DNA from: Nitrospirales bacterium
GTDB lineage: Bacteria; Nitrospirota; Nitrospiria; Nitrospirales; UBA8639
Assembly: GCA_965203295.1 (NCBI GenBank)
Contig: CBDBCZ010000015.1
Span: 256,001-320,000, forward strand
Reading direction: 5' to 3'
DNA: 64,000 bases
In this document: positions 1-10,668 of the stretch, piece by piece
How positions within the stretch are numbered: the first letter of the stretch is position 1
How the letters are laid out: the number at the start of each line of letters is the position of its first letter
The notes under the pieces: generated by a model
Told to the model about the DNA's origin: nothing
The model's input: only the letters and a program-made list of their open reading frames with translations
Database searches by the model: none
Translations under genes and position numbers: made by a program

Positions 1-867
1 CATTGTTCTCAGCTGCTGGTCGACACTAGCTACCAGGAATCCAATACCTGATTCTGTGATAGTGTTTAGCCAACTACGTACATTGTATACTATTGCACCT
101 ACGAACAAACTGGTGTGCTTTATTTTTACATTTCAAATTACCTACATAGACAGTTATGTGTATCCCTTATAGCTTCGAATCAAGGCTACGTATATCTCTT
201 ACCTGTGCTCTCCCAGTTCCTTTACTTCATGTGCTATGATTCGTTCTTCCCAGCTCCCTGGGATATTGGGGGTATCGGCATATGCACTGGGAAGGAGTCA
301 ATAGTTCCACCTGTACAATGTGAAGACACAGCTACTGTACACACTGCCTAGTTCAAGATAAGTGCTGCAGTTAGCAGTAACAATAGAGCAATGATAAACA
401 TTTGTGACTTTCCTGATAAGGAATATAAACTGAGCTGATCTGCTTGGCTGAGTCAGCCATCTCCTATGCCTATGCATTACATGCATAACTTGTCCTAATA
501 TCGCTAGGGTCAAAATAGCTTTCTGACCACATTCAATAGTGTAATGCCTCTAATTACCTGGTTCAATAGTGTAATGCCTCTAATTACCTGGGTCCTCACA
601 TCACCTTTCTATAAAAGCTAATAATCAACCCTTGTCTCCGATGTTTGGAAATACTCTCCCTTATCCAAACTACCTCATATAAGACTACTAGGAGAATGCA
701 GAGCATTTGTGGGGCGAGCGCAACTACAACATGTGCTTAGCATGTTTCTGCGCATGCACAATGCGACCGGTCGGTCGATGACATACATACAGGTCGGTCG
801 ATGACATACATACAAACAGAGTTGGCATTGACCTCGCTAGTACTGGGCTCGCTGCGCTCGCCCCAAT

Positions 868-985
868 CAACAGATTAGCCATTCTTTTCTCCCCATACTT
901 AAAAAACTCCCCAACTAGTCCATCATTACCTCCCGTTTTATTACTTTTAAGAACACTTTTTGAGCAATCAAACTTAAGGTTCTGT
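868..985 (-). mobile_element. Non-LTR retrotransposon (LINE) ORF2 fragment, region just upstream of the RT core
   Basis: ORF 724..1086(-) contains LKSNKTGGNDGLVGEFFKYGEKRMANLL, resembling the LINE 'K..K.PG.DG...E..K' motif; boundaries approximate. Confidence 0.6.
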
Positions 986-1980
986 AATGTGCTAGTGAAT
1001 ATGTCACAAGAGGGTATGTACATAAATTTACAAAGAGAAACTGAGCTAAACAAGTCAAGTTGCCACATGATTACAGTTACGTACATGCTAAGAGCTGGAC
1101 AAACAAGAGCATATACCGTACAAAGAAAGTGACAAGGGTACAGTGAAATGTCTAGTTCGCAGTTTTTGAATCAAACAGACGACTGGTCAAGCGTACAATT
1201 TTAATAACTTTCACACGATAGATCTATGTGTGCATTTTAATACATGAGTATGTTGTTTAGTAATTATAAACCAACAAGTCACCCATAGAGGTGCTAAAGC
1301 AACTCTTTCACGCAGAAAGCAAATCGACTAGATCTACGCTAATCACGATCTCGCCTACTTCAGCAGACTCACTGATGACAGGGCAGCCAGAAAACGTGCT
1401 CAATCAGGATCCGGAACTGCTAGCAGAAAACACGCGTGGCCGAATATTGATCTCGTGCTACCACCAGGCGTTTGCCACTCCCTTTCCCCGGCCCCAACGG
1501 GGCAGGGCCCAGGCTCGCTAGTTGGGGCCCAGGCTCGCTAGTTGGTGCCGAGAAAGAGGAGTAGTTGAGGAAGGTGCAATTCATGTTTGATTTAAATCAG
1601 CACGGATTTGTGATTTAAAGAACTGCAGTCCAAAAAAAGCTTATTATGCAGTCCGAAAAAAGCTTACTATAGTATCTACGGTTGCGCTATCACACTAGCG
1701 CAACAGCGCAAACGTACTTGAAGTGGCATCCCGAGTAAGATGAACGAGGAGCTAACTTTTAGTGAATCTAATGGCGAAGCTGCACCTTTAAGTTTCTAGC
1801 TTAGCCGACCGAACATTGGTGGTGGCCGAACACTCGTGGCTTAGCTACTCTATTGCTCCTTTCTGCCCGAGACCTTTTCACTACATCATGAGACAGTATA
1901 CCTGTAGCTGTATTCCAATATATATAGACCGTATATATAAGGTGACGCTTGTGTTAGAATGTTTAGTAAGCTACGGCACC

Positions 1981-2047
1981 TAGCCTCGTTCCCAGGCCTC
2001 CGCACAGCTTTTGTCGCTTTTTTCGGGAGAGCCTGGGAACGAGGCTA
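1981..2047. mobile_element. 67-bp hairpin MITE, TAG...CTA termini, 9-bp TSD (Academ/AcademH-like non-autonomous)
   Basis: TIR TAGCCTCGTTCCCAGGC / GCCTGGGAACGAGGCTA; TACGGCACC at 1972-1980 and 2048-2056. Confidence 0.85.
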
Positions 2048-2075
2048 TACGGCACCTGCATGGATGGAAGTATAT

Positions 2076-2377
2076 ATAGGTTATACCACGACCACAAAGA
2101 GGTTTAGCGGATATACACTGCGAGGGCGAAGCCCGAGTAGTGTATCGGCTAAACCTCTGAGTGGGAGTGGTAAACCGGTTTGTACCACAGCAACTGAGTG
2201 TATGGCTGACCACAGGGAGTGTATGGCTGACTCAGCGTGGTGTATGGCTGACCACAAGGAGTGTATGAGTTTTTGACACCTAGTGTATGGCTGAGCTTGC
2301 AACTTTGGTCAGCAGGCCAGCTGTCTCCTGGGAAATACACTGCAGGCGGTGAACTATATGGCTGCTGTGGTACAAAC
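2076..2377 (+). mobile_element. Palindromic 'hairpin + internal end-complementary segment' element, locus 1
   Basis: 5' ATAGGTT; ~100-bp hairpin with apex GAGGGCGAAGCCCGAG; internal GTTTGTACCACAGC is complementary to the 3' end GCTGTGGTACAAAC; internal GTGTATGGCTGA repeats. Confidence 0.75.
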
Positions 2378-2745
2378 AAGGTGCACAACGGGTGCTGACT
2401 CATTTGTCTGACGAACAATTGTTTTGTCCAATCATGCGCGAATTCGGGCGATAATTTTAATTAGCTATTGTGCCTGACGCTTGGATGATTGCATCTAAAG
2501 GCAAGGGTGCTAGCACCTTGATGTAAGTTACCATGCTCCTCCCCGCTTTGGTCGCCTTTTGTAGCCGGCATGCATGCGTCCGACTTAACCTGGTGTCCGA
2601 AACCTGATCACCCACCTACTCTAGTGCACGTGAACAGGATAACATGACATAGGACGCATGGTAGTACTACTAGCAATAATAATTATACAATACAATAAAA
2701 TGTATAACAGTATTGACTCTCGTCATATCCTTGCTCCTACAGTGT

Positions 2746-3106
2746 CAGGCCCGTCGGAAGCTCTCGAAGGGTGGAGCGGCCATCGGTCGTGATGTCAGAG
2801 GGCGCGCAGCGGCCGAGTGTGTCGCGCGAAGCGCGAAAAAAATTTGCGACTTATTTTTACGGCTGTCTTGCAGCATCTCGCTACATTGAGGGTCGTGCAC
2901 TAACATCACACAAAAAAACTCCATACAGGCCGAGATCCAGCATACAGCCAGCTCATAGTGTCGCGGCCCCGCCTCACGCGCACGATGCGCGCGAGTGGGG
3001 CGTGGCGCCGTGGCACGCGAAAGTTGAAGCGCCTACGAAAAAAAAAATTGGCATGAAAAGTGGGGCGGCCTGAGCCGCCTCTGCCGCCCCGCTTCCGACG
3101 GCCCTG
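2746..3106. mobile_element. GC-rich MITE, CAGG termini, 5-bp TSD (hAT5-like)
   Basis: TIR CAGGCCCGTCGGAAGC / GCTTCCGACGGCCCTG (1 mismatch); AGTGT at 2741-2745 and 3107-3111. Confidence 0.85.
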
Positions 3107-3135
3107 AGTGTACATGTAGCACAATACAGGCTATA

Positions 3136-3727
3136 CCGTAGACTCGGGTTATCAGGCGCACTTCGTTAAGTAGCGCACATACGCTATCAGGCGCATGCTC
3201 GCTTCTTGGCCCAAAGCCGCAAAAACCTCGTTAAGAGGCGCACGTTCCAATTAAACGAAATATGGGGCGGAGCAACTGCACAAAAAATCGAACAGAGACT
3301 GCTAGCAGCTAGCTAAGTGAGAGGATAACTTTCTAGGGATCACTTTGCAACCGCCCAGTCATCAAGTTGCTAGCTAGCTAAGTCAAAGGCCTACAAAGGA
3401 AGCAAGCATGCACCGATCCTCCTTCGAGTTGATCGAGCACGCTCTCATCATGGATAATATTATCCATGCTCTCATCTCCGACCGCTCTTCGCCGATTTTC
3501 ATCTACGACCGCTCTCTGCCGAGTTACATCGCCGACCGCTTTGATAAGCTACGATTCCATTCGGTAGTCGCTAATCGGCTAGCTACCGTAACTTTGCCGC
3601 GATGACGTCATGAAAACTAGGCGTGGTCAACCTTTAACCCTCGCTATGTGGCACACTTCGTTATGTAGCGCATATATTTTTGCTATTGTCCCCACTAGCG
3701 CATGCGCTTGATAACCCGAGTCTACGG
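3136..3727. mobile_element. Tc1/mariner (pogo-like) MITE with TA target
   Basis: TIR CCGTAGACTCGGGTTATCA(G/A)GCGCA at both ends; TA on the left; the right TA is restored once the adjacent 3729-3931 insertion is removed. Confidence 0.8.
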
Positions 3728-3728
3728 T

Positions 3729-3931
3729 TACGGTGGCCCAGAAGTACATTTTTTGCGTTTTCAAAACGCTTCTCAAATAGCACCACTTCGCTAATTTAGA
3801 TATACGGTATTTCGCTATTTAAAAGTATACGGTCTGCGTGTGCGGTCATCGACCGTATATCTAAATTAGCGAAGTGGTGCTATTTGAGAAGCGTTTTGAA
3901 AACGCAAAAAATGTACTTCTGGGCCACCGTA
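3729..3931. mobile_element. ~200-bp foldback MITE, TAC...GTA termini, 6-bp TSD (IS3EU-like)
   Basis: Near-perfect ~80-bp arms starting TACGGTGGCCCAGAAG; TACGGT at 3723-3728 and 3932-3937. Confidence 0.8.
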
Positions 3932-3938
3932 TACGGTA

Positions 3939-4537
3939 TATGTTCCGCGCAAACCAGGAAGTCGCGCTATCTTAGGATTGCGCCGTGCAAAGTAGGAATC
4001 CGTACTTTGGCGCGCAATCCCAGGATTGCGCAGTTTTTCGCGCAAAGATGGAATAAGTTGCGCAAACCCTGCATTGCGCAAATTCGTTCGTACAAAGTTA
4101 GAATTTTGATATGAAGTGCATGAAGCGTCAAAGTATAGACAGCAAAAGGATAAACGAAGAGTCAAGTGCTCTAAAAGCAAAAACTACTGACAGTGGTTAT
4201 AAAACCAATCGTCAACATGATGTATTAAAACCATTGATAGTCAACATGTACAATCTATGTTAAAACCAACACATTCCTTTGTAATGAAACCATTTGTCAC
4301 AGCTATTACATTGTCAAATGATTCTGGCAATCTACAGTTTACAATAAAGACGGATGAATGAAACTGATGGCTTGCAAGCCGCAGAGACGCTGCATTACTG
4401 ATCGAGCGTGGCATTTTTATAGCTAGCTACATGTATTGAAGTGTCAATATCCCGGGATTGCGTGGCAAAAGTATGGATTCCTAGTTTGCATTGTGCAATT
4501 CTAGGATTGCGCAAATTCCTGGTTCGCGCGGAACATA
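3939..4537. mobile_element. Non-autonomous TIR element, superfamily unresolved
   Basis: TATGTTCCGCGCAAACCAGGAA ... TTCCTGGTTCGCGCGGAACATA; repeated GGATTGCG motifs; no unambiguous TSD beyond TA. Confidence 0.7.
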
Positions 4538-5285
4538 TGCACTACATGTAGTAGTCTCGCGAGACTAATACACTAGCTGAAGTTAAAGACATTATGTTTA
4601 AGTGATTGTTTGAATGTTTCTAGCCCTTTGTAATTGTTTCCGACAAGATAATATTATAGACACTACATTTTCATTATTTTTTTATTAAGCTTTATCAATG
4701 GGTTTGATTTTCGGGTACGTTTCTGCTCTGTGTTAGTATTTTGAATTCCATTTATATGCTAAATCGTGTTTGAATTTTGTGAGCATTTCTGCTTTTTGTA
4801 AGCGTTTCTGAAAGATATACGTTCGCTGCATTAATTTCAATACCTTTATAGGCTAAATCGCTGTCTTTCAATTTCTGAAAGTTTGTGCTCTTTGTTGGCG
4901 CTTGTGACAGGATATAAGTGCATTTCCAATACTTTTATATGCAAAATCATTGTGTCTGAATTTCGGGAGCGTTTCTGACAATACACCAGGATAGCCATGC
5001 TTCTACATGTATACTGCTTTAGTCTCTGTCAGTCTGGAGTTATAGTATTAAAGCCGTGTGTCTGTACTGCATTAGTCTCTAGCTGTGTTTGTGTACTGCA
5101 TTAGTCTCTGTTAATTAGACTGGAGATTTAATATTTAGCCATGTTTCTGTACCGCATTAGTCTACTCAGTTAGTCCGGAGTCTCAGTATTTAAGCCGTGT
5201 TACTGCACTGCTACATTAGCCTCTCCCTTTTTTTGGTTGCTTTTCAATTAAGGGATTTATCTCTACAGGTTCATTTACGGGTACT

Positions 5286-5422
5286 ATAGGTTAGTGACCT
5301 CAGGCAGGTATCTTAGCTGTTTTAGAGACCTGAAGGATGCTACCTATAATCACCGAGGGTGAAGCCCAAGGTGATTATAGGAGCATCCTGAACAGCTAAG
5401 ATACCTGCCTGAGGTCACTAAC
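5286..5422 (+). mobile_element. Palindromic family, locus 2 (hairpin only; 3' end not found)
   Basis: 5' ATAGGTTAGTGACCTCAGGCAGGTATCTTAGCTGTT and its reverse complement around apex GAGGGTGAAGCCCAAGG. Confidence 0.7.
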
Positions 5423-6050
5423 AAGCTTAGGTTTCCCGCTTTCTATTTCTCAATATGAAATATGAATTTTTGATGAGGTGTCTAATGGATTTTAGAGACC
5501 TCATTAAAGTCAAAAGATCAAAGTAGATTATGCATACCATAGTCTAAGTTATGTTTTAAATGATTTTCATGACTTTACTGTTAAAATGTGAGGGAACAAA
5601 AATACATGGAATATATGTACTACGGCAGCAACATTAATATATTTTTACTAGTAATGTACTTGTACTGCTGCTTTCAATGCATTTTACGGAACAATAATAG
5701 GTTTATAATACACAGTTTTAGTACAGCATAACTGAGACAGCAGTATGTGTGATCCTGACACTATCAGTTCTTGGCACTTCTGAACATTGCTGTATTGGAG
5801 AAGTATTTCTGACTGGCCTGTAAAAGACAAAAGAGTCAGCCAAGGGTGACATGTACATTAGTGGTAAACACAACACTCAAAAGTCTATATCGAGCTTAAG
5901 AATATTATGTAATGTACTCAAAAAGAAATCTGTACTATACTGTGTGGGCAGTTGAAAGGTGCCAGTAGCAGTCTATAAGTCAAAGACAGCCATCCATTAT
6001 CTAAGTATAGTTTAAACCACATGCAGCTCCAAGGGCTGTATGGGAAATAC

Positions 6051-6137
6051 TAGTCTCGGCCCCAGACCCTCCCTGCACTCATAAAAAAAAAATGTTGTTT
6101 TTTTTGCGAGTGCAGGGAGGGTCTGGGGCCGAGACTA
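6051..6137. mobile_element. 87-bp hairpin MITE, TAG...CTA termini, 9-bp TSD (Academ/AcademH-like)
   Basis: TIR TAGTCTCGGCCCCAGACCCTCCCTGCACTC; GGGAAATAC at 6042-6050 and 6138-6146. Confidence 0.9.
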
Positions 6138-6374
6138 GGGAAATACATGAGTGCAATTTGTTAATTAGAGCACGAGGACAAAGCCCAAGGGCTCTAATTG
6201 AATCATTGCACGAGTGGATTTCCCATACAGCCCGCCTGGAGCTGTGGTTTAACTTGTTTGTAGCATGGCTGAATGGCTCGTCTGAGTGATAAGAGCGCTT
6301 ACCGCTCGGCGTTGGAAAGCACTGTAAGTTACTCCACCACTGTCTGTAGTTTATAGAGAGTCATACTGCCAGCC

Positions 6375-6390
6375 TAGTCTTGCGAGACTA
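6375..6390. mobile_element. 16-bp minimal TAG...CTA palindrome flanked by direct repeats
   Basis: ACTGCCAGCC-TAGTCTTGCGAGACTA-ACTGCCAGCT. Confidence 0.65.
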
Positions 6391-9300
6391 ACTGCCAGCT
6401 CTTGTGGCTAAGCAAGAGCTAGATCGGTGTACTGTTGTAGCTACTAGCTGGCTTTCATGTTGAATAGAGTTGCTAGGAGTGCTGTCTGTGATAGTGGAGA
6501 AGATTTCAAGTTGTTAAAGCCGTTTTGTCATGCTTACTGTTTGAAATATCCCGCTAGGTACCTCCCGGTAAATGTCTACAGAGCTCTAGAGAGCCAGCTC
6601 TAGTTGGTCAAGCTAACTGAATTTTAGGACTTTCTTGAAACTTGCTTGCCATCCTCTTTGAACCACTGTTGGTAGTTCCGGTGCAATACATATAGCAATA
6701 TGCAATATAATACACTGATGGTCCCTTTGATACGCCTATGCAACATGCTACAACTGCCAATAGTTAATTTCATTTAAGGGTAAGGTATTTACACGGTCCC
6801 GTAATTGAACGTGACATTACATCCAGGGTACCTCTTAGCACTATGTTGGGTACTTAAGTATTAATTAACTACGGTTAATGTGAAATGAGGCCAATTTGCC
6901 GTGCTATAACTTCCTGACAGTACCGTATATAACAATACAGTAAAAAGCAATGAAAAGTTCAAATCTTTGTGGAAGCGAACAGTAAAAAAAGACTAGTGTA
7001 GTTTGAGCAAGCGTGTTGTGAGCTACGAGAAAAAAGGCTGGTTGTCAATGTTTACAAGTTACTGTTGAGTACCAAGGTAAGCAAGGGGATGCATGGATGC
7101 CGTGGCAAAAGAGCCGCGATAGCAATGCAGGTATAGTGACTTTCCAATGGCTCATATATATCTTGCGTACTCATAGCAGTTTATCTACCAATGAATAGAG
7201 GCTTACTACATTTTCTAGGTTAGAAGACTTTGTGTAGTCTCTGCAAAAGTCCAGTGCCCCAAACAAGTAGATTTAGAGGTTTCAACTATTTCATCATATC
7301 CAAAGAAGTATGAAAACATCAGGAAAATGATTTTGAAGAGGTTCTAAATTTTATCTTCCTGTACGTAAGTAATAGGGACAAACCACCCCTCTTCATACTG
7401 TTTGCTCATGTCATAGCTACCGGTTGAACCAGCATGCATGAAGTAGGACTGTGTTGTATATGAAAATATAATATATACCAGCATGTAAGTGGGTACTACA
7501 GAGGCTGCACACACTAATGTACGCTACAGCGTACATGTTCATATATGCAAACATGCACACAGTGTATATTCGGGCTTATTATTACTCATTTTGGTGTATG
7601 AAATATGCTATGAAGGATCTACACGTGTATTTCAGTGGGGTGTTTCTTGTACAAATGTATGTCTGGGTACTACATGTAAGGAGGATGGAATTTAACACAA
7701 GGTATATATGCACAGATTAAATCTCAGTACATGTCAATGGCCACCTCCTTCTCAGTGCTGCCTACAGGAAGAACAGCTATGCTGGAGATACCATTAAGCA
7801 TTTATTTGGTCATTATTGCAATTGACATGTAAAAACGATATAGGGATGGGGCCGTGTATGTTGCATTTATACTATCCCTACACCTTTTTCTTGTTTTTTG
7901 GCACTCTATCACTTGTATTTCCTTGTTTTTTTTTGTTTTTATGCTCAGAATCAGTAATAAAATAATTGATAGAACAAGTAGTTGTGCTTGTTTAACTCAC
8001 TCACTTCGCTCGCTCTATACAGATAGAACTGAAAAGTATCATCTCTGCAATGAATTTCTACGCGGCTAGTAGTGCATTGAGGCTTAAACTTCTAGTAATG
8101 GGTTGCACGGATCCTCTCTAGCAGGAAACTTCGACGGGTTTTCTCTACGAAGCAAAATTCGTTTTTGGTTCTGATTGGCGGTTGGATCAGCAGGAATCTC
8201 AGAATCAGCTTGGCATCTTTACAGCACAGGTTAAAGATAAGATGGTTGCTGTATTTGGCTTGCGAGACTAGCGACCACGCAGGACATCTAGTTTACGTGC
8301 CTCTGGTCTTGCTCCACATTGAGATGGCACAACCGCACCAGTTTCTGCAAACCGTGTGTGAATTCGGTGAGCTGTACCAACCCCAATTTGGAGATGATTG
8401 GCTATTTTTTTGGAATGTCAGTTAAGCCACTGCCAGACCACCCTCCAACCGATATCTGGCGAGTAGGGCCTTGTGCGAGCTGGTTCAGCTGAAGTAATGC
8501 TTACGGTTTCTCAAATCTACTCGAGCAGTAAACACTTAGCTAGCTGACACATGCGTACTCTGATGGCGCTGTAGTTACGCTCACGGTCATGCTCGCACTC
8601 ACACACATTCGAAGTGGAGTGAAATCCACAGTAATACTGTATACCATTATTGTACGTACTATGCATGCGTACATGTATACGTAGTTATTGTAAGAGCACT
8701 AGGAATACATGCCAGATACAACTACTTAATTGTGACGTATTCTGCTCTTACAATAACTATATATATATACATGTATGTGTTCTTCAACTAGTACAGTGTC
8801 GCTGCCTTAGTACATACACCATAGACAACAACTAATTTGTGGCATTTGGTGGCTGACCAATAAGAAAGTAGCAGAAGGACCTCAAAGCGGTCAACCAACA
8901 GCCTACCCACGGGTTCTGCAGGATGCACGAGTTCTGTGAATGACGTTAAGCTGGGAATTGCTGCTTGGAAACAAATAATAAGCTAGCTTTAGCAATTAAG
9001 CTACTTTCAACGTCTTTATTAACAATAACAACTGTCAAAGTCTGGCTTCTCACTAGTCACTAGCTGCTAGACAGTGATTTTTTGGTAACAAAATGCCTTA
9101 AATGTAAGAAGAATGAGCAAACTCCCTGGAGAAGGTAAAGCTTTTAGAGCCATTTGTGAAGCAGCATTTTGGTGAAACTGTTACATCTGAGGGGAAATTT
9201 GCAAGAATAGTGCAAAGGGTTCCCATAGCCATCAATGTACTGCTAAGTGCAACACAGCAGAAGTAGTAGCGTATGCCAATGAGCTTCAATCATATTGCTA

Positions 9301-9728
9301 GCCTGCTTGGTACTCGAAAGCAAATTGTTTGCTGGTGTCAGCAAATGGAATTGGACACAATTTATACACAAAATGCACACCCTTCATCCACGTATACACA
9401 TACCAATACGTATACACATACCAATACGTTTACACATACCAATATTGTTGTGATCATGTTCACAATGCTGAACTTCGAAAATACTAATTGCTAAAAAAGT
9501 GTTACGTATTGCAGATCTGCAGACAAGTATTTGTGACGTTACTGTATGGCAACTGTAGCACAAGGTGGTGCCCTGATCTCACCCGTGAAAAAGCTTTAAC
9601 TGCAAGGCAATGCAGCAGTTAAACAGCAGTGATTGAGTGTTTACATGAGGTAACACCAGGTACAGTCTGTACGTACGCTCAGAAAGTTGTATTTGCTCTT
9701 CAACAAATATTCAGAATAACTTACTCAC

Positions 9729-9860
9729 CTGTAAGCGCTTTGAGATGGATACTTGAGTTTTCTTATTCACAGTGGGTCCACGTATTGGTCCTCCTACTCC
9801 TCCTTTCCCCAGCTGTCCTTTTGAAAACCCTAAGTCATCTTGATATGCATCTTCTTCTAT
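9729..9860 (-). pseudogene. PRPF31: Orphan exon of U4/U6 snRNP protein Prp31 (C-terminal region)
   Basis: AG/GT-bounded 132-bp exon translating IEEDAYQDDLGFSKGQLGKGGVGGPIRGPTVNKKTQVSISKRLQ, matching the recalled Prp31 C-terminal motif IEEDAYQEDLGFSLG...ISKTLQ; not in the ORF track. Confidence 0.9.
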
Positions 9861-10668
9861 CTATATCAAAATAAGATACCATGTCAAAGTGACAAATGTG
9901 CAATGCTCAGTGACTCAAATAATATACTATGCAAGATACTCGTGCTAAGTGATTAATTCACACTTGAGATTTAACATGTGCATGTAGGTGGTAGGAATAC
10001 TGTGTAGTGGGAAATTTTCTGCATGATGTAGCGTTTTCGTGGGCAAATCCTCTGACGTGAAACAAAATTTTGAACATACGTACATGAAAGTGGTCAAATG
10101 CAGTGAGTATTAGTCACGGTGACACAATGCAGTAGCATAGATACTCTACTATCTATGGCGGTAGCTATCACAGACTAGTATACCCACCTCAATGTAGCTT
10201 TGTTTTGTACTGCTTAGATGGCAAAAAGGTGGTAGGCACCGTGTTTTCACAAGTTAACTGAAGTGCACAACAAAACTGCAGAGTTAATTATCGCTGAATT
10301 AAAGTTCGGGTTGTCATTAATTTTGGTTATGCTGGAGAGACGGCCTTATATACTTTTATATATGAATTCTTAGCTTGACCTGTTGCTGTACTGATTCTTT
10401 GGTGTTTCAGGAGTAAAAGAGGTGTAAAGGAGTGTAGTCAAGATAGATACCTTTGTCAGTGCTGATGCAAAATTAAAATTACTTCTAAAGGCATTGTGGT
10501 GTTTTCGCAAAAATTTGCACCCATGAAAATTTCCCACTACCTGGTATAATCAATTGATATTGAATTTGAACTAAGCATTTCATATAACTGCACTAAACCA
10601 TTTTCATAGCAGTCCATGTCTATGCTTGTTGTAATTTGTAATCAATGCTGCTGCTGGAAAGTGGTATA

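Larger units (their letters stand above)
6007..6755 (+). mobile_element. Palindromic family, locus 3, with nested insertions
   Basis: 5' ATAGTTTAAACCAC; apex GAGGACAAAGCCCAAGG; hairpin closes ~6253; internal TTGTAGCATG is complementary to CATGCTACAA at ~6744-6753. Confidence 0.65.

Noticed and set aside
1..310. Exon-like AG/GT-bounded segments on the minus strand (203-310, 1-98)
   Set aside because: The 203-310 segment has stops in all three frames and neither segment has a recognisable product
532..591. Perfect 30-bp tandem duplication (similar 2-copy repeats at ~769-810 and ~1506-1545)
   Set aside because: Ordinary local slippage duplications
2198..2293. GTGTATGGCTGA repeats at ~21-bp period resembling a CRISPR array
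   Set aside because: Repeats and spacers are too short, spacers are related to each other, there are no cas genes and the context is eukaryotic
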